Source of the DNA: an uncultured delta proteobacterium | GTDB lineage: Bacteria > Myxococcota_A > Polyangia > Polyangiales > Polyangiaceae | Assembly (NCBI GenBank): GCA_963806225.1 | Contig: CAWDXG010000003.1 | Location: 32,001-96,000, forward strand | Direction of reading: 5' to 3' | Length of the DNA: 64,000 nt | Shown: positions 36,295-45,830 of the stretch, in pieces | How positions within the stretch are numbered: position 1 is the stretch's first letter | Layout of the letters: every line of letters begins with the position of its first letter | The notes under the pieces: model-generated | Databases searched by the model: none | What the model saw: only the letters and a program-made list of their open reading frames with translations | What the model was told of the DNA's origin: nothing | Made by a program: the position numbers and the translations under genes

Positions 36295-36768
36295 TCAGCG
36301 CTTCTTCGAACGGGCAGCAACCCGGGCAGCAGGTTTCTGCGCGCCGTTCGTGCGCTTTGTCCTGGACGCGGCCGCGCGGGCGGGCTTTGCGCCCGCCCCG
36401 CCCGACCTCGTCTCGGTCAGTGCCGCGCCGGTGACCGGCTTCGGCTTCGAACCGCCCCTCAGTGTCTCGCCGCCCCGGCGCTTCTTCGATTGCGATGCGC
36501 CCTTGTTGCCCCGGATCTGTCGTTCGAGCTTGTCGATCACCTTGTCGATCGAGGCGTACATATCGTCGCTCGTCTCCTTGGCTTCGAGGTGGGCCCCCCC
36601 GCTGGAGATGCGGGTTTCCGCCATGTGCCTGAGCTTGTCATGCGAGAGCGTGACCTTGGCTGTCATCGGCTCGCGTAGGAACTTCTGGAGCTTGGCGACC
36701 TTGTCCCGGGCGTAGGTCTTGATCGCTTCGCTGGCATCCATATGGCGGAAGGTGATGCTGATGTTCAT
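36295..36768 (-). CDS. hpf: Ribosome hibernation promoting factor with basic tail
   Basis: MNISITFRHMDASEAIK...DMYASIDKVIDKLERQIR, directly after rpoN. Confidence 0.88.
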   Translation of the reverse strand: MNISITFRHMDASEAIKTYARDKVAKLQKFLREPMTAKVTLSHDKLRHMAETRISSGGAHLEAKETSDDMYASIDKVIDKLERQIRGNKGASQSKKRRGGETLRGGSKPKPVTGAALTETRSGGAGAKPARAAASRTKRTNGAQKPAARVAARSKKR

Positions 36769-36997
36769 TGAACCTCCGGGCGGGAAAGGAGCCCTGGCGG
36801 AGCGCAGCGCACGTCGGCGGGAGTAGTCGGAAAGACGCGCCCTATCACACTGCGCCCAGGAGCCAAAACACCCACGTGACCGTAGCCTACCCGACAAGTC
36901 CACCGGATATCCATGGGTATGGTAATCCCACCCGCCCCCACGTTGTCCTCCGGCACGGGCGCGGGCCCGCCGTCGCTCGCCGGGGGCGAACGGCATA

Positions 36998-38501
36998 TCA
37001 GAACAGGCGCTTGCGCTTCGAGGAGGCCAGGATACCCAGCATCTCGCGGTACTTGGCGACCGTGCGGCGGGCGATCTTGATGCCCTCCCGCTTCTCCAGC
37101 AGCTCGACGATGGCCTGATCGCTCAGGGGATTGGCCTTGTCCTCGTCCTCGATGATCTTCTTGATCGCCTGCTTGACGCTCTCGCTCGCGATGTCTTCAT
37201 TCGCGACCCGCCGGATGCTCGAGTTGAAGAAGTACTTCAGCTCGAACAGCCCCTGCGGGGTGTGCATGTACTTGTTGGTCGTGACGCGCGAGATGGTCGA
37301 CTCGTGCATCCCGACCGCCTCGGCCACGTCCCGAGGATCATCGGCTTCAGGTAGGCAACGCCCTTCTCGAAGAACTCCCGCTGCTTCTCAACGATGCACT
37401 CGGCCACGCGGATGATGGTCTTGCGGCGTTGCTCGATCGCGCGGATCAGCCACTGCGCGTTGCGCAGCTTCTCGCCGATGAACTCCTTGGCCGCTGGGGT
37501 CCTTCATCAGCCGCTTGGTCAGCGCTTCGTTGATGAACAGCCGCTGCATGCCGCGGTCGTTGTCGAGCACGACGAACTCTTCGGCGTCCTTGATCACGTA
37601 CACGTCAGGCGTGATGCCGATGGTCCGGTCGTCCTGGTCGGTGAAGTTGCGCGCCGGGCGGCTCTCGAGCTTCTGGATCTCCTTGGCGGACTTCGTAGAC
37701 CTCTTCGAGCGGGATCTTCATCTCCCGCGCGATGGCCTGGTAGTTGTGCTTCTCCAGGTGGTGGATGTGGTTCTCGATGATCTCGACCTCGGTATCGTCG
37801 AAGCCGTACGCCTTCGCCTGGATCAACAAGCACTCCCGCAGATCGCGTGCGGCGACGCCGAGCGGATCGAAGTTCTGGATCATCTCCAGCACCAGCGGCG
37901 CGTCGTCGGGATGCAGCCCGGCTTCTTCGGCCAGATCGAAGATGGTGAGGTCGGCGGTGCGGGTGCCGTCAGGTCGCTCGACTCCGGCCAGATCGAGGTA
38001 GCCCTTGTCGTCGAGGTTGCCGATCACCAGCTCCGCGAAACGCCGCTCCACGTCCGTGAAGTCGCTCATCTGCAGTTGCCACAGCAGGTGATCACGCAGG
38101 CTGCTGGGGCTTGCGTCAGGTTCTGCTCGATCGGCGGCAGCTCGTCGAAACCACCGCGGTTTCCTGGGACGGGCTGCTGCAGGCTGCGGTTCTCCAGGAA
38201 CTTCTCCCAGTCCACCTCGCGCGTGGCCTTCTCGGTCTCGCGCTGCTCTTCGGTCTGCTGGTAGCTCGACTTGTCGTCGTCCAGCGCCTGCTGGCTCTCG
38301 CCGCGCTCGCCACCTTCCTGCCGCTGCTCCCGCGGCTCTCGGATCCGGTTCCTCGTCGGACAGGACCGGGTTGTTGTCGAGCTCCTTCCGGACCTCGTCG
38401 ACCAGCTCCAGACGCGAGAGCTGCAGCAAGCGGATCGCCTGCTGCAGCTGCGGCGTCATCACGAGCTGCTGTGACAGGCGGAGTTGCTGCTTGATTTCCA
38501 T
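36998..38501 (-). CDS. rpoN: RNA polymerase sigma-54 (frameshifted)
   Basis: [27 protein letters not shown], RpoN box [10 protein letters not shown]. Confidence 0.95.
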
Positions 38502-38666
38502 GGAATATCGCTTGCGGGTGGGGTGCGCCCAGGAGGCTAGCCGAGGAGGAGTGTACCACCGCCAGCAAGAAATGGGCCTGCAAGAAAATAGCCCGTTTTA
38601 GTGCCGGATCGAGGTCCTGGACGACCCGTGCGGCTAGCTTAAGGCTCCCTTTGCCCTGCCTCAAGC

Positions 38667-39368
38667 CTAACCGAGATAGCGCCGCCGAACGGCCGGATGG
38701 CCGGAAAACTCCTCCGGCTGGGCAGACAGCTCGATTCGCCCGTCCACCAGCAGCAGAGCGCGGTCGCACATCGCCAGAGCCTCGCGGATCCGGTGATCGG
38801 CCAACACGATCGCCATGCCGCGCGCAGCCAGCCCCGCGAGCAGCTTTCCGAGCCGTCCGGCCGCAGCGGGATCCACACCCGTGAGAGGTTCGTCGCACAC
38901 CAGCACCTTCGGCTCAGCGATCAGCGCGCGCAGCAGTTCGAGCCTCCTCCGCTCGCCACCCGACAGCTCCCCTGCCCGCACCTGCAGCCTGTCCTCGAGC
39001 TCGACCTCCGCCGCGCGCTCGGCCGGCGGTCGCGACGCCCGGCGCGCGACGCGTTCGAACGTCCGTATGTTGTCAGCGACGCTCAGATCCTGGAGCACGC
39101 TCGGCGTCTGGGGAACATAGCCCAGCCCGGCGCGCGCGCGGCGCCACAGCGGCTCCGGCGTCACGTCGCGCCCGTCGAGCGAGACGCTGCCGCCGCTCGG
39201 CGCGAGCTCGCCAACCAGCACGCGGAACAACGTGCTCTTGCCCGCTCCGCTGGGACCGAGCACGCCCAGCACGAAGCCGGAAGGCACGTCGATGTCCACG
39301 CCGCGCAGCACCTCGGCGCCACCCAGCCTCGCGCGGACTTCGCGCGCACGGAGCACGGGCTCGCTCAC
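38667..39368 (-). CDS. lptB: LPS export ABC ATPase LptB
   Basis: GPSGAGKS, LGYVPQ, LSGGERRRLE, DEPLTGVDP, VRRRYLG. Located upstream of rpoN. Confidence 0.8.
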   Translation of the reverse strand: MSEPVLRAREVRARLGGAEVLRGVDIDVPSGFVLGVLGPSGAGKSTLFRVLVGELAPSGGSVSLDGRDVTPEPLWRRARAGLGYVPQTPSVLQDLSVADNIRTFERVARRASRPPAERAAEVELEDRLQVRAGELSGGERRRLELLRALIAEPKVLVCDEPLTGVDPAAAGRLGKLLAGLAARGMAIVLADHRIREALAMCDRALLLVDGRIELSAQPEEFSGHPAVRRRYLG

Positions 39369-39387
39369 GACGGACGCTCCACGCCGG

Positions 39388-39906
39388 TCAGCGCGCCGGG
39401 GCCTCGACCGGAATCGAGCCCTTCACCCCCCTGAGCGAGACCTTGCGCGTCGCGATATCGATGGTCGCGTACTGCGCTCTCAGCCAACCGCGTCCGCGGG
39501 TCAGCCTGACGCCGCCGGAAAGCTTCACGCGGCGTCGCGCCACGTCGACCTCGACCACGCTGGCCTTGGCCTCGATGCCCTTGACGCGCGCGGTCACTCC
39601 TCCGGTGCCTCGGGCCCAACGCACGCGCGGCGCCTTGTCGTAGCGGACCTCGACCTTCGGGCACAAGACCACGAGATCGCCGAGCTTGGCGCGTACGTCG
39701 CCCTGGAGCACCGCGGTCCCCTTGTCCACGTCCACGTTCAGCGTGTCCGCCGTCACGTCGAGCGTCTCGCCGGCGATGACGCCGAGGGGGTCGGCACGGG
39801 CCGGCGTGCCCGGAACGGCGAACAGGACCGCGACCAGCGCGAGCGCCAGAATGCTGCCCCTGAAAAACCGTCGACGACCCTGCACAGACACTTCCAATCC
39901 TAGCAT
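39388..39906 (-). CDS. lptA: LptA/OstA-family protein
   Basis: Signal peptide, beta-jellyroll pattern VTADTL...AVLQGDV...LSGGVRL, adjacent to lptB. Confidence 0.75.
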   Translation of the reverse strand: MLGLEVSVQGRRRFFRGSILALALVAVLFAVPGTPARADPLGVIAGETLDVTADTLNVDVDKGTAVLQGDVRAKLGDLVVLCPKVEVRYDKAPRVRWARGTGGVTARVKGIEAKASVVEVDVARRRVKLSGGVRLTRGRGWLRAQYATIDIATRKVSLRGVKGSIPVEAPAR

Positions 39907-39983
39907 TTCAGACGGAAACCGCCCGTTCCGGATTCAGATTCCAGCGAGATTCCTGCTGTGGGAGCCAACGGAGCTGACCGCGA

Positions 39984-42509
39984 TCATCTAACACGGATGC
40001 GCGCGATTTCCGCCAACGCCGCGGCCAGGGCTCGCACGCGGACCTCGACGGGCTCGACCCGTCGAACAGGGTTCCCCGCGCCGAGCTCTTCGGCCACGCG
40101 CACGAGCTCCTCGACAAGCAGCGCGCCCAGCTCGCGGCGGACGCGTTCGGTCTGCTCGGCGTCCGCCGCGCCATGCAGCCACGGAGACAGCGCCGCCAAC
40201 AGCACCTCGACCCGCGGCAGGAGCTCCTTTTCGACGCCCGCGGCGGCCTCGCCGGCGGACAGCAGCCCGACTGCCACCTCTGCCAGAGCCGGCGCGGCGG
40301 CGCGGGTGCGCAGGGCCACGAAGCGTCGCGCTGCCGGCTCCTCGAGGTTACCGGACACGGCCCGCAGATCCGGGGCGAGGCTCTCCAGCACGGCAGAGAT
40401 CGCGTCGCCCAGGCGCTGCTCCGCCGCTGCGCGCTCGCTCTGCACGCCGGCTGCCGCTTCGCGCAGCGCACGGAGCTGCTCCGCCTCGCGCCGCTCGCGC
40501 TCACGACGGCTCCCGGCCCGGTCTCCGGCGATCTGCGCCAGGCGCGACGCGATGCCCGATGCCCGCCGCCTGAGCGCACGCTCGCGCAGCGCTTCGCTCT
40601 GGCCCACCAGCACGCGTTCGACCAGCTCCTCCACGTTGTCCCAACCCGAACGCTCCAGCGCCGGCCCGTCCCCTTCCCTGCCCGCCAGCGCCAGACGCGC
40701 CGACAGGGCGACGGGCGGCGCTTCCGGGACAAGCCCCGCCTGGGCCAGCCCCTCGCGGACGTGCTCGAGCGCCAGGTCGATCGCTCCAGGCGTCTGCAGG
40801 CGGTCGAGCTTGTTGAGCAGCACCACCAGCGGCAGGCCCAGCTCGACGAGCTCGGCCATCACGGCGCGCTCGCTCTCCTTGAGCGGTTGCGTGGCGTCGA
40901 GCAGCCACAGCGCGACCTGCGCCTCGGCAAGGGCAGCGCGCGCAGTGGCGGAATGGGCGGCATTGGGCGCGTTGAAGCCGGGCGTGTCGATGAGCTCGAT
41001 GCGGCGCAGCTGCTCCAGCGGCGCGTAGATGGTCACCCGATCGATACTGCCTGGGTCGATCGCGGAGAGCGCCGCGCAGAGCTCCTCGTGGGGCAGGATG
41101 CGGTCCTCGCCGGCACCGGCGCGGCGTTCAACGCGCACGAAGCGATCAGGCGCCCAGACCAGGCGGTTCAGCGTCGCCGTGGTCGGCAGCACGCCCACCG
41201 GCGCGACCACTTCGCCCAGCAGCGCGTTGATGAAGCTCGACTTGCCCGCGTTGAACTCGCCGACCACGGCGACGGCGAGCGGCCGTTCGAGCTCGCGCGC
41301 CAGGAGCTCCACCTCCCTCAGCGCGCCGAGCTCACCCAGCTCGCGCGACAGGAACGACAGCTCGTCGAGCAGCTTGTCCCAGTCGGCGGGCTCGCCGTCC
41401 GGCAGCCAGCCCAGGTACACCTCGCGTCTGAGCTCGTCCGCCCACGGCCCTTCGCCGACCGCGTCGAGGCGTGCGAGGCGCTCCACCGAACGCGCGGGCG
41501 CGCCGAGCGCGCTGCACAGCGCCGGTAGGCCCGGCGCGAGCGGAACGCGCCGCGACCCTGCGATGCCGACCGCCTCGCGCAGGCGATCCGCGTCGCGGAC
41601 GTCCAGCGCCAGAGTCGCGTAGCGTTCGACCAGAGCGGCGGGCGCATCCGGTTGCCGCGCGCCTTCCGCCAGCGCGCCGAGCGCCTCGTCGCGGCGCCCC
41701 TGGGCGATGGCGAACGCCGCGCGCCACTCGGGATGGGCGCCCCAGCCCAGCTCGTCGACGATGGCGCGGAGCCGCGCGACTACCGATGCATCGCTGCATC
41801 CGGCAACGAACGCCGACACCACGCGACCCGCACCCACCGCTTCGAGCACCAGGGCGCGTTCGAAAGCGCGAGCCGCGCCCGCTTCATCGCCCGCCTGCGC
41901 CGAAAGGCGCCCGCGCACCAGCCAGGCCCGTCCATCGAGCGTGTCGGGCTCGGGCAGTGCGGCGGAAGCGCGCTCCGCCCGCTCCGCCTCGCCTTGATCG
42001 AGCCAGGCTTCCACATGGCGCAGCACGGTTTGCGGCGAGCCGCGCAGAGCGAGGCTGGAGCGATCGAGCCAGCGTTCCGCCCGCGCCGCATCGCCACGCG
42101 CCAGATCCAGATCCGCCCGCCACAGCCGCGCGCGATCCGCCGCCTCCACCGGCTCCGTGGCCTCCGCGGCCCGCTCGAGCGCGGGCTCCGGATCCTGCCC
42201 GAGCCGGTACTGCGCGCCCGCCAGCCTGAGCCACACGTCCGCGCGGTACGGTAGCTCACCGGAGAGCCGCTCCAGCGCTTCGGCCACCTCGTTATCGAGC
42301 AGCATCGACTCCGCCGCGTCCGCCCACAGCGCCAGCGCCACGCGCGAGCGCGGCAGCTCTTCCAGGATCAGCAACGCCTCCTGCCGCGCGTCCCAGGGCC
42401 GCCCCGCCTCGAGCGCTTCGGCTGCCGCAACGCGCCGCCGCTCCGCCCCGCGGGCCAGGATCTCCGCCCGCGCCAACCAGTCCGCGAGCTGATCCTGAAG
42501 GCGCGCCAT
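39984..42509 (-). CDS. TPR-like helical N-terminus fused to a dynamin-family GTPase
   Basis: G1 VVGEFNAGKSSFIN, G2 PTT, G3 IDTPG, G4 NKLD. Start MARLQDQ at 42509. Confidence 0.8.
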   Translation of the reverse strand: MARLQDQLADWLARAEILARGAERRRVAAAEALEAGRPWDARQEALLILEELPRSRVALALWADAAESMLLDNEVAEALERLSGELPYRADVWLRLAGAQYRLGQDPEPALERAAEATEPVEAADRARLWRADLDLARGDAARAERWLDRSSLALRGSPQTVLRHVEAWLDQGEAERAERASAALPEPDTLDGRAWLVRGRLSAQAGDEAGAARAFERALVLEAVGAGRVVSAFVAGCSDASVVARLRAIVDELGWGAHPEWRAAFAIAQGRRDEALGALAEGARQPDAPAALVERYATLALDVRDADRLREAVGIAGSRRVPLAPGLPALCSALGAPARSVERLARLDAVGEGPWADELRREVYLGWLPDGEPADWDKLLDELSFLSRELGELGALREVELLARELERPLAVAVVGEFNAGKSSFINALLGEVVAPVGVLPTTATLNRLVWAPDRFVRVERRAGAGEDRILPHEELCAALSAIDPGSIDRVTIYAPLEQLRRIELIDTPGFNAPNAAHSATARAALAEAQVALWLLDATQPLKESERAVMAELVELGLPLVVLLNKLDRLQTPGAIDLALEHVREGLAQAGLVPEAPPVALSARLALAGREGDGPALERSGWDNVEELVERVLVGQSEALRERALRRRASGIASRLAQIAGDRAGSRRERERREAEQLRALREAAAGVQSERAAAEQRLGDAISAVLESLAPDLRAVSGNLEEPAARRFVALRTRAAAPALAEVAVGLLSAGEAAAGVEKELLPRVEVLLAALSPWLHGAADAEQTERVRRELGALLVEELVRVAEELGAGNPVRRVEPVEVRVRALAAALAEIARIRVR

Positions 42510-42632
42510 CGCCGGGGAACGTACCAGGCTCCGGCGCGGCGGGTAGCCGGCGGTGCAGGGACACTTGAAGGGCCAGGGGCCCCGGCCGGGGAGCATCCCA
42601 AGCCGATTGCCTGGAGTGCTAGGCTTGCCGGC

Positions 42633-44354
42633 GTGCAACGGCGAGGGGCGAGCGGCAACACGACGGTCTCCCGGGCCAAGGCGCTGCTCCTGCACGTGCA
42701 GCGCGAGCACGGGCGCGCCGAAGCCGACGCGTTCCTGCTCAAAGCCAAGCTCGATCGCGACTACCTGGACGACGAGACGCGCCCGCTGCCGATCGAGCTG
42801 TGGCACTCCGCGCTGGAAGCGTTCGCTTCGCGCTGGGGCCGCGACGAGATCCAGCGCACGGTCCCGTCGATCGTCGACCCGGAGAACATGGGGGTGTGGA
42901 CCCGGGTGCTGCGCGGCGCTTCGGAGCCTGGCGAGGCCTTCAAGCAGCTGGAGCACTACGGCGGCAACGAGGTACTGACCGAGCGCTGGCACACCGTGGC
43001 CGCGGAACCGCAGCTGTGGCGCGGCCGCGTGCCGCTGCGCTACGACCCGGCGTTCGAGCGCGACGGGCTGTTCAACCTGGCGCGCGCCACCGAGCTGTCC
43101 GCCATCCCCGTGCTGTTCGGACTGCCGCCGGGCGACGTGAGACAGCTATCCACCGAGCCCGATCGCTCCGGTGGCGGCGTGCAGTTGTTCGAGGTGCGCT
43201 GGCGGCTGCCAAGGCGCGGCAGCATCGCGATCGGTGGCGGCATCGGCCTGCTCGGCTCGCTCGGTGCGAGCGTGGCGCTGGGGCTTCCGCTGTCGTCCGC
43301 GATCGAATTTGCCGGGCTGGCGGCTGCGGTCGGGCTGGGCAGCGGGTTCGTGGTCACGCAGGAACGCCGTCGCCGTACCCAGAGCCGCTCGCAGCTCCGG
43401 CGCATCCAGGCGCTGGAACGCTCGGCGGCTCTGCGCGATGCGCGCGAGCGGGGCGCAGCCGGATTCCGCGAGGGTGTCGTGATTGCCGGCCAATACCGGC
43501 TCGGCGAGAAGCTCGGCGTGGGCGCGAGCGGCACCATCTGGGAAGCGACCCGGCTGGCGGACGGCGAGACGGTCGCGATCAAGCTGCTCCGGACCGCGGT
43601 GGCGCACGACACGGTGGCCGCCGACAGGCTGCGCCGCGAGGCCGCCGCGCTCGGTCTCGCCTGGCACCCGAACGTGGTGGAGGTCTACGACGACGGACAC
43701 CTTCCCGACGGCACCAGCTATCTGGTCATGGAGCGCCTGTACGGCGAGTCGCTGGCGTCGCGGCTCAAGCGAGCCGGCGCGCTGACACCTGCGGAGCTCA
43801 CGCCCCTCGCGCTACAGGTCTGCGACGCGCTGGGCGCGGTGCACGCCGCGGGCGTGGTGCATCGCGATCTGAAGCCGGGCAACATCTTCCTGGCCGATCC
43901 CGACAACGAGGGCAGCACGCCCATCGTGAAGCTGCTCGACTTCGGCATCGCGCGCGTGGAGTGGGCCGAGACGCGGCTGACCAACATGGGCGCGCCGGTC
44001 GGCACGCCGGGCTACATGTCGCCGGAGCAGGAGCAGGGGGTCGAGATCGACTCGCGCAGCGACCTGTTCGCGCTGGGGGGCGTCTTGTACGAGTGTCTGA
44101 GCGGGCAACCGCCGCCGGTCCGGACCAGCGAGCTCTGGGTGGCGGCGGCACGAGCACCGGAAGGACAGAGCGAGAGCGGGGTGCAGCGCGCCCTCAGGAC
44201 CATCCCGTCGCGCTGGCGGGAGCTCATCGAATGCGCCATGGCGCCCCTGCCGCGCGATCGCTTTCCCGACGCCAGGAGCGCGCGCGAGGCGATTTCCTCG
44301 CTCCACGAAAGCGCCGATAGCTCGGAACGTCACCCAATAATATCCAATAGTTGA
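42633..44354 (+). CDS. Membrane-anchored Ser/Thr protein kinase with N-terminal sensor-like domain
   Basis: Two TM segments, GVGASGTIWE, VAIKLL, HRDLKPGN, DFG, GTPGYMSPE. Confidence 0.9.
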   Translation: MQRRGASGNTTVSRAKALLLHVQREHGRAEADAFLLKAKLDRDYLDDETRPLPIELWHSALEAFASRWGRDEIQRTVPSIVDPENMGVWTRVLRGASEPGEAFKQLEHYGGNEVLTERWHTVAAEPQLWRGRVPLRYDPAFERDGLFNLARATELSAIPVLFGLPPGDVRQLSTEPDRSGGGVQLFEVRWRLPRRGSIAIGGGIGLLGSLGASVALGLPLSSAIEFAGLAAAVGLGSGFVVTQERRRRTQSRSQLRRIQALERSAALRDARERGAAGFREGVVIAGQYRLGEKLGVGASGTIWEATRLADGETVAIKLLRTAVAHDTVAADRLRREAAALGLAWHPNVVEVYDDGHLPDGTSYLVMERLYGESLASRLKRAGALTPAELTPLALQVCDALGAVHAAGVVHRDLKPGNIFLADPDNEGSTPIVKLLDFGIARVEWAETRLTNMGAPVGTPGYMSPEQEQGVEIDSRSDLFALGGVLYECLSGQPPPVRTSELWVAAARAPEGQSESGVQRALRTIPSRWRELIECAMAPLPRDRFPDARSAREAISSLHESADSSERHPIISNS

Positions 44355-44357
44355 GAT

Positions 44358-45806
44358 CTATTTCTTCAATTGCAGGATAAGGTAGCTCTGGCGCGTTCCG
44401 CCCAGTGGGATGCGCGTGAGCACAGCGTAGCGGTCGCCCGCCTGTCGTGCGACGCGCTGCTCGACGCCGCGGTCGAAGCGACTGTGCCACCACGGCAGGG
44501 CGGGCTTTTCGCCAGGTGCGAGCAACAGCACGAGCCGGTCCACCTGGCGCGCCTCGAGCCAGCCATCGGGGATGCGCTTGGTGGTGTGCCCGCCGGGGAG
44601 CACGGCCACTCGCGGGTCGGTCACGCCGGACAGATCCTCGACCTCGGCGCGCGTGGCGGCGCCCACCCATCCCACGTCCAGGCTCGCCACGTGCCGGCCG
44701 CCGGCGAGCGGAGCCGCAGCCGCTTCGATAAGTGCCATCCGGTTCGGCCCCACACGCCTCGCAACGCGACCGATCACGAACAGCACGACCAGCGAGACGC
44801 CCAGCGCCGCAACAAGCCTGAGTGCGGTGGCCCACGGGCGCGCGACACCAGCGATAGCCGCGCCTACCAGCAAGAGACCGGGCAGCACCGGCACCATCAA
44901 CCGGTAGAGCGCCATCCAGTCGCCTCCCGCCAGCAGCAGCGAGACGACGTGCACGGCGCAGGCCGCGGCGATCGCCCGCTCGTGGCCGCCGATGCGTCGC
45001 AGCGACCAGGGCGCAAGCAGCAGGAGCGGCGGGCCGGTGAACGCCAGCGCGCCCCACGCATAGCGCAGGCCGTGCGACAGATCGGAAGGCTTCGCGAACA
45101 CGGCAAGAGGCGCGGGATGGCCGAACGCGAGCTCGCGCGTGACAGCGACGATCAACGCCGGGAGTAGCACCAGAGCCGCGAGGCCCAGCACGCGCTGGAT
45201 GCTGCGGCGCGCCGCCAGGCCGGTTCCCACCACCAGCACCAGCGCCCACGGCAGGAGCTCGGGGCGCCAGGCAGCCGCCAGGCCCGCCGGAAGCACCGCC
45301 CACGGCGAGCGGACCAGCGCGAGCGTGGCCAGACCCACCACGACGCCGGTTTCCATGCCGGCAACCGACCAGGCCGCCAGCGGTGCGCACACCGCGAGCA
45401 CGAGCAGCGGCGAGAACCTGAGCGGACTTCCGCGCAATCTAGCCACCTCGGCTCCGAGCCACCCCGCTGCGGCGAGCCAGCACAGCGCGCCCATCCAGCG
45501 CGCCGCGGACAGCGCCGCGAGGGGGCCCCCGCCAGCAAACGGCGAAAGCGCGTACGCCCAGCCGAGCGGAGTGACGGCGTCGACGGGCGGGCCTGTCGCG
45601 TTGAAGCGATAGCCGAGCCCCGCGTGCAGATGTGCCGCCACGCGCGCCGTGATCAGGGCGTCATCGACGGTGAAACCGCGGATCCACAAGAGCGGCAGCA
45701 GCGCCAGAAGTGCGGCAGCCGCTCCGATCGCGAGGGGCCTAGCGGTATGTTGACGGCCTGTCCACTCCTCGGCGATCTGCCCTGAAAAGTTCGGGTCCAC
45801 ACTCAC
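44358..45806 (-). CDS. Polytopic membrane protein, GT-C glycosyltransferase-like
   Basis: TVDDALITARVA...GYRFN...TPLGW, GMETG, RPE, GGDWM motifs and many TM helices. Confidence 0.6.
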   Translation of the reverse strand: MSVDPNFSGQIAEEWTGRQHTARPLAIGAAAALLALLPLLWIRGFTVDDALITARVAAHLHAGLGYRFNATGPPVDAVTPLGWAYALSPFAGGGPLAALSAARWMGALCWLAAAGWLGAEVARLRGSPLRFSPLLVLAVCAPLAAWSVAGMETGVVVGLATLALVRSPWAVLPAGLAAAWRPELLPWALVLVVGTGLAARRSIQRVLGLAALVLLPALIVAVTRELAFGHPAPLAVFAKPSDLSHGLRYAWGALAFTGPPLLLLAPWSLRRIGGHERAIAAACAVHVVSLLLAGGDWMALYRLMVPVLPGLLLVGAAIAGVARPWATALRLVAALGVSLVVLFVIGRVARRVGPNRMALIEAAAAPLAGGRHVASLDVGWVGAATRAEVEDLSGVTDPRVAVLPGGHTTKRIPDGWLEARQVDRLVLLLAPGEKPALPWWHSRFDRGVEQRVARQAGDRYAVLTRIPLGGTRQSYLILQLKK

Positions 45807-45830
45807 GGGTTGTCTAGCATTGTGCGCCGG

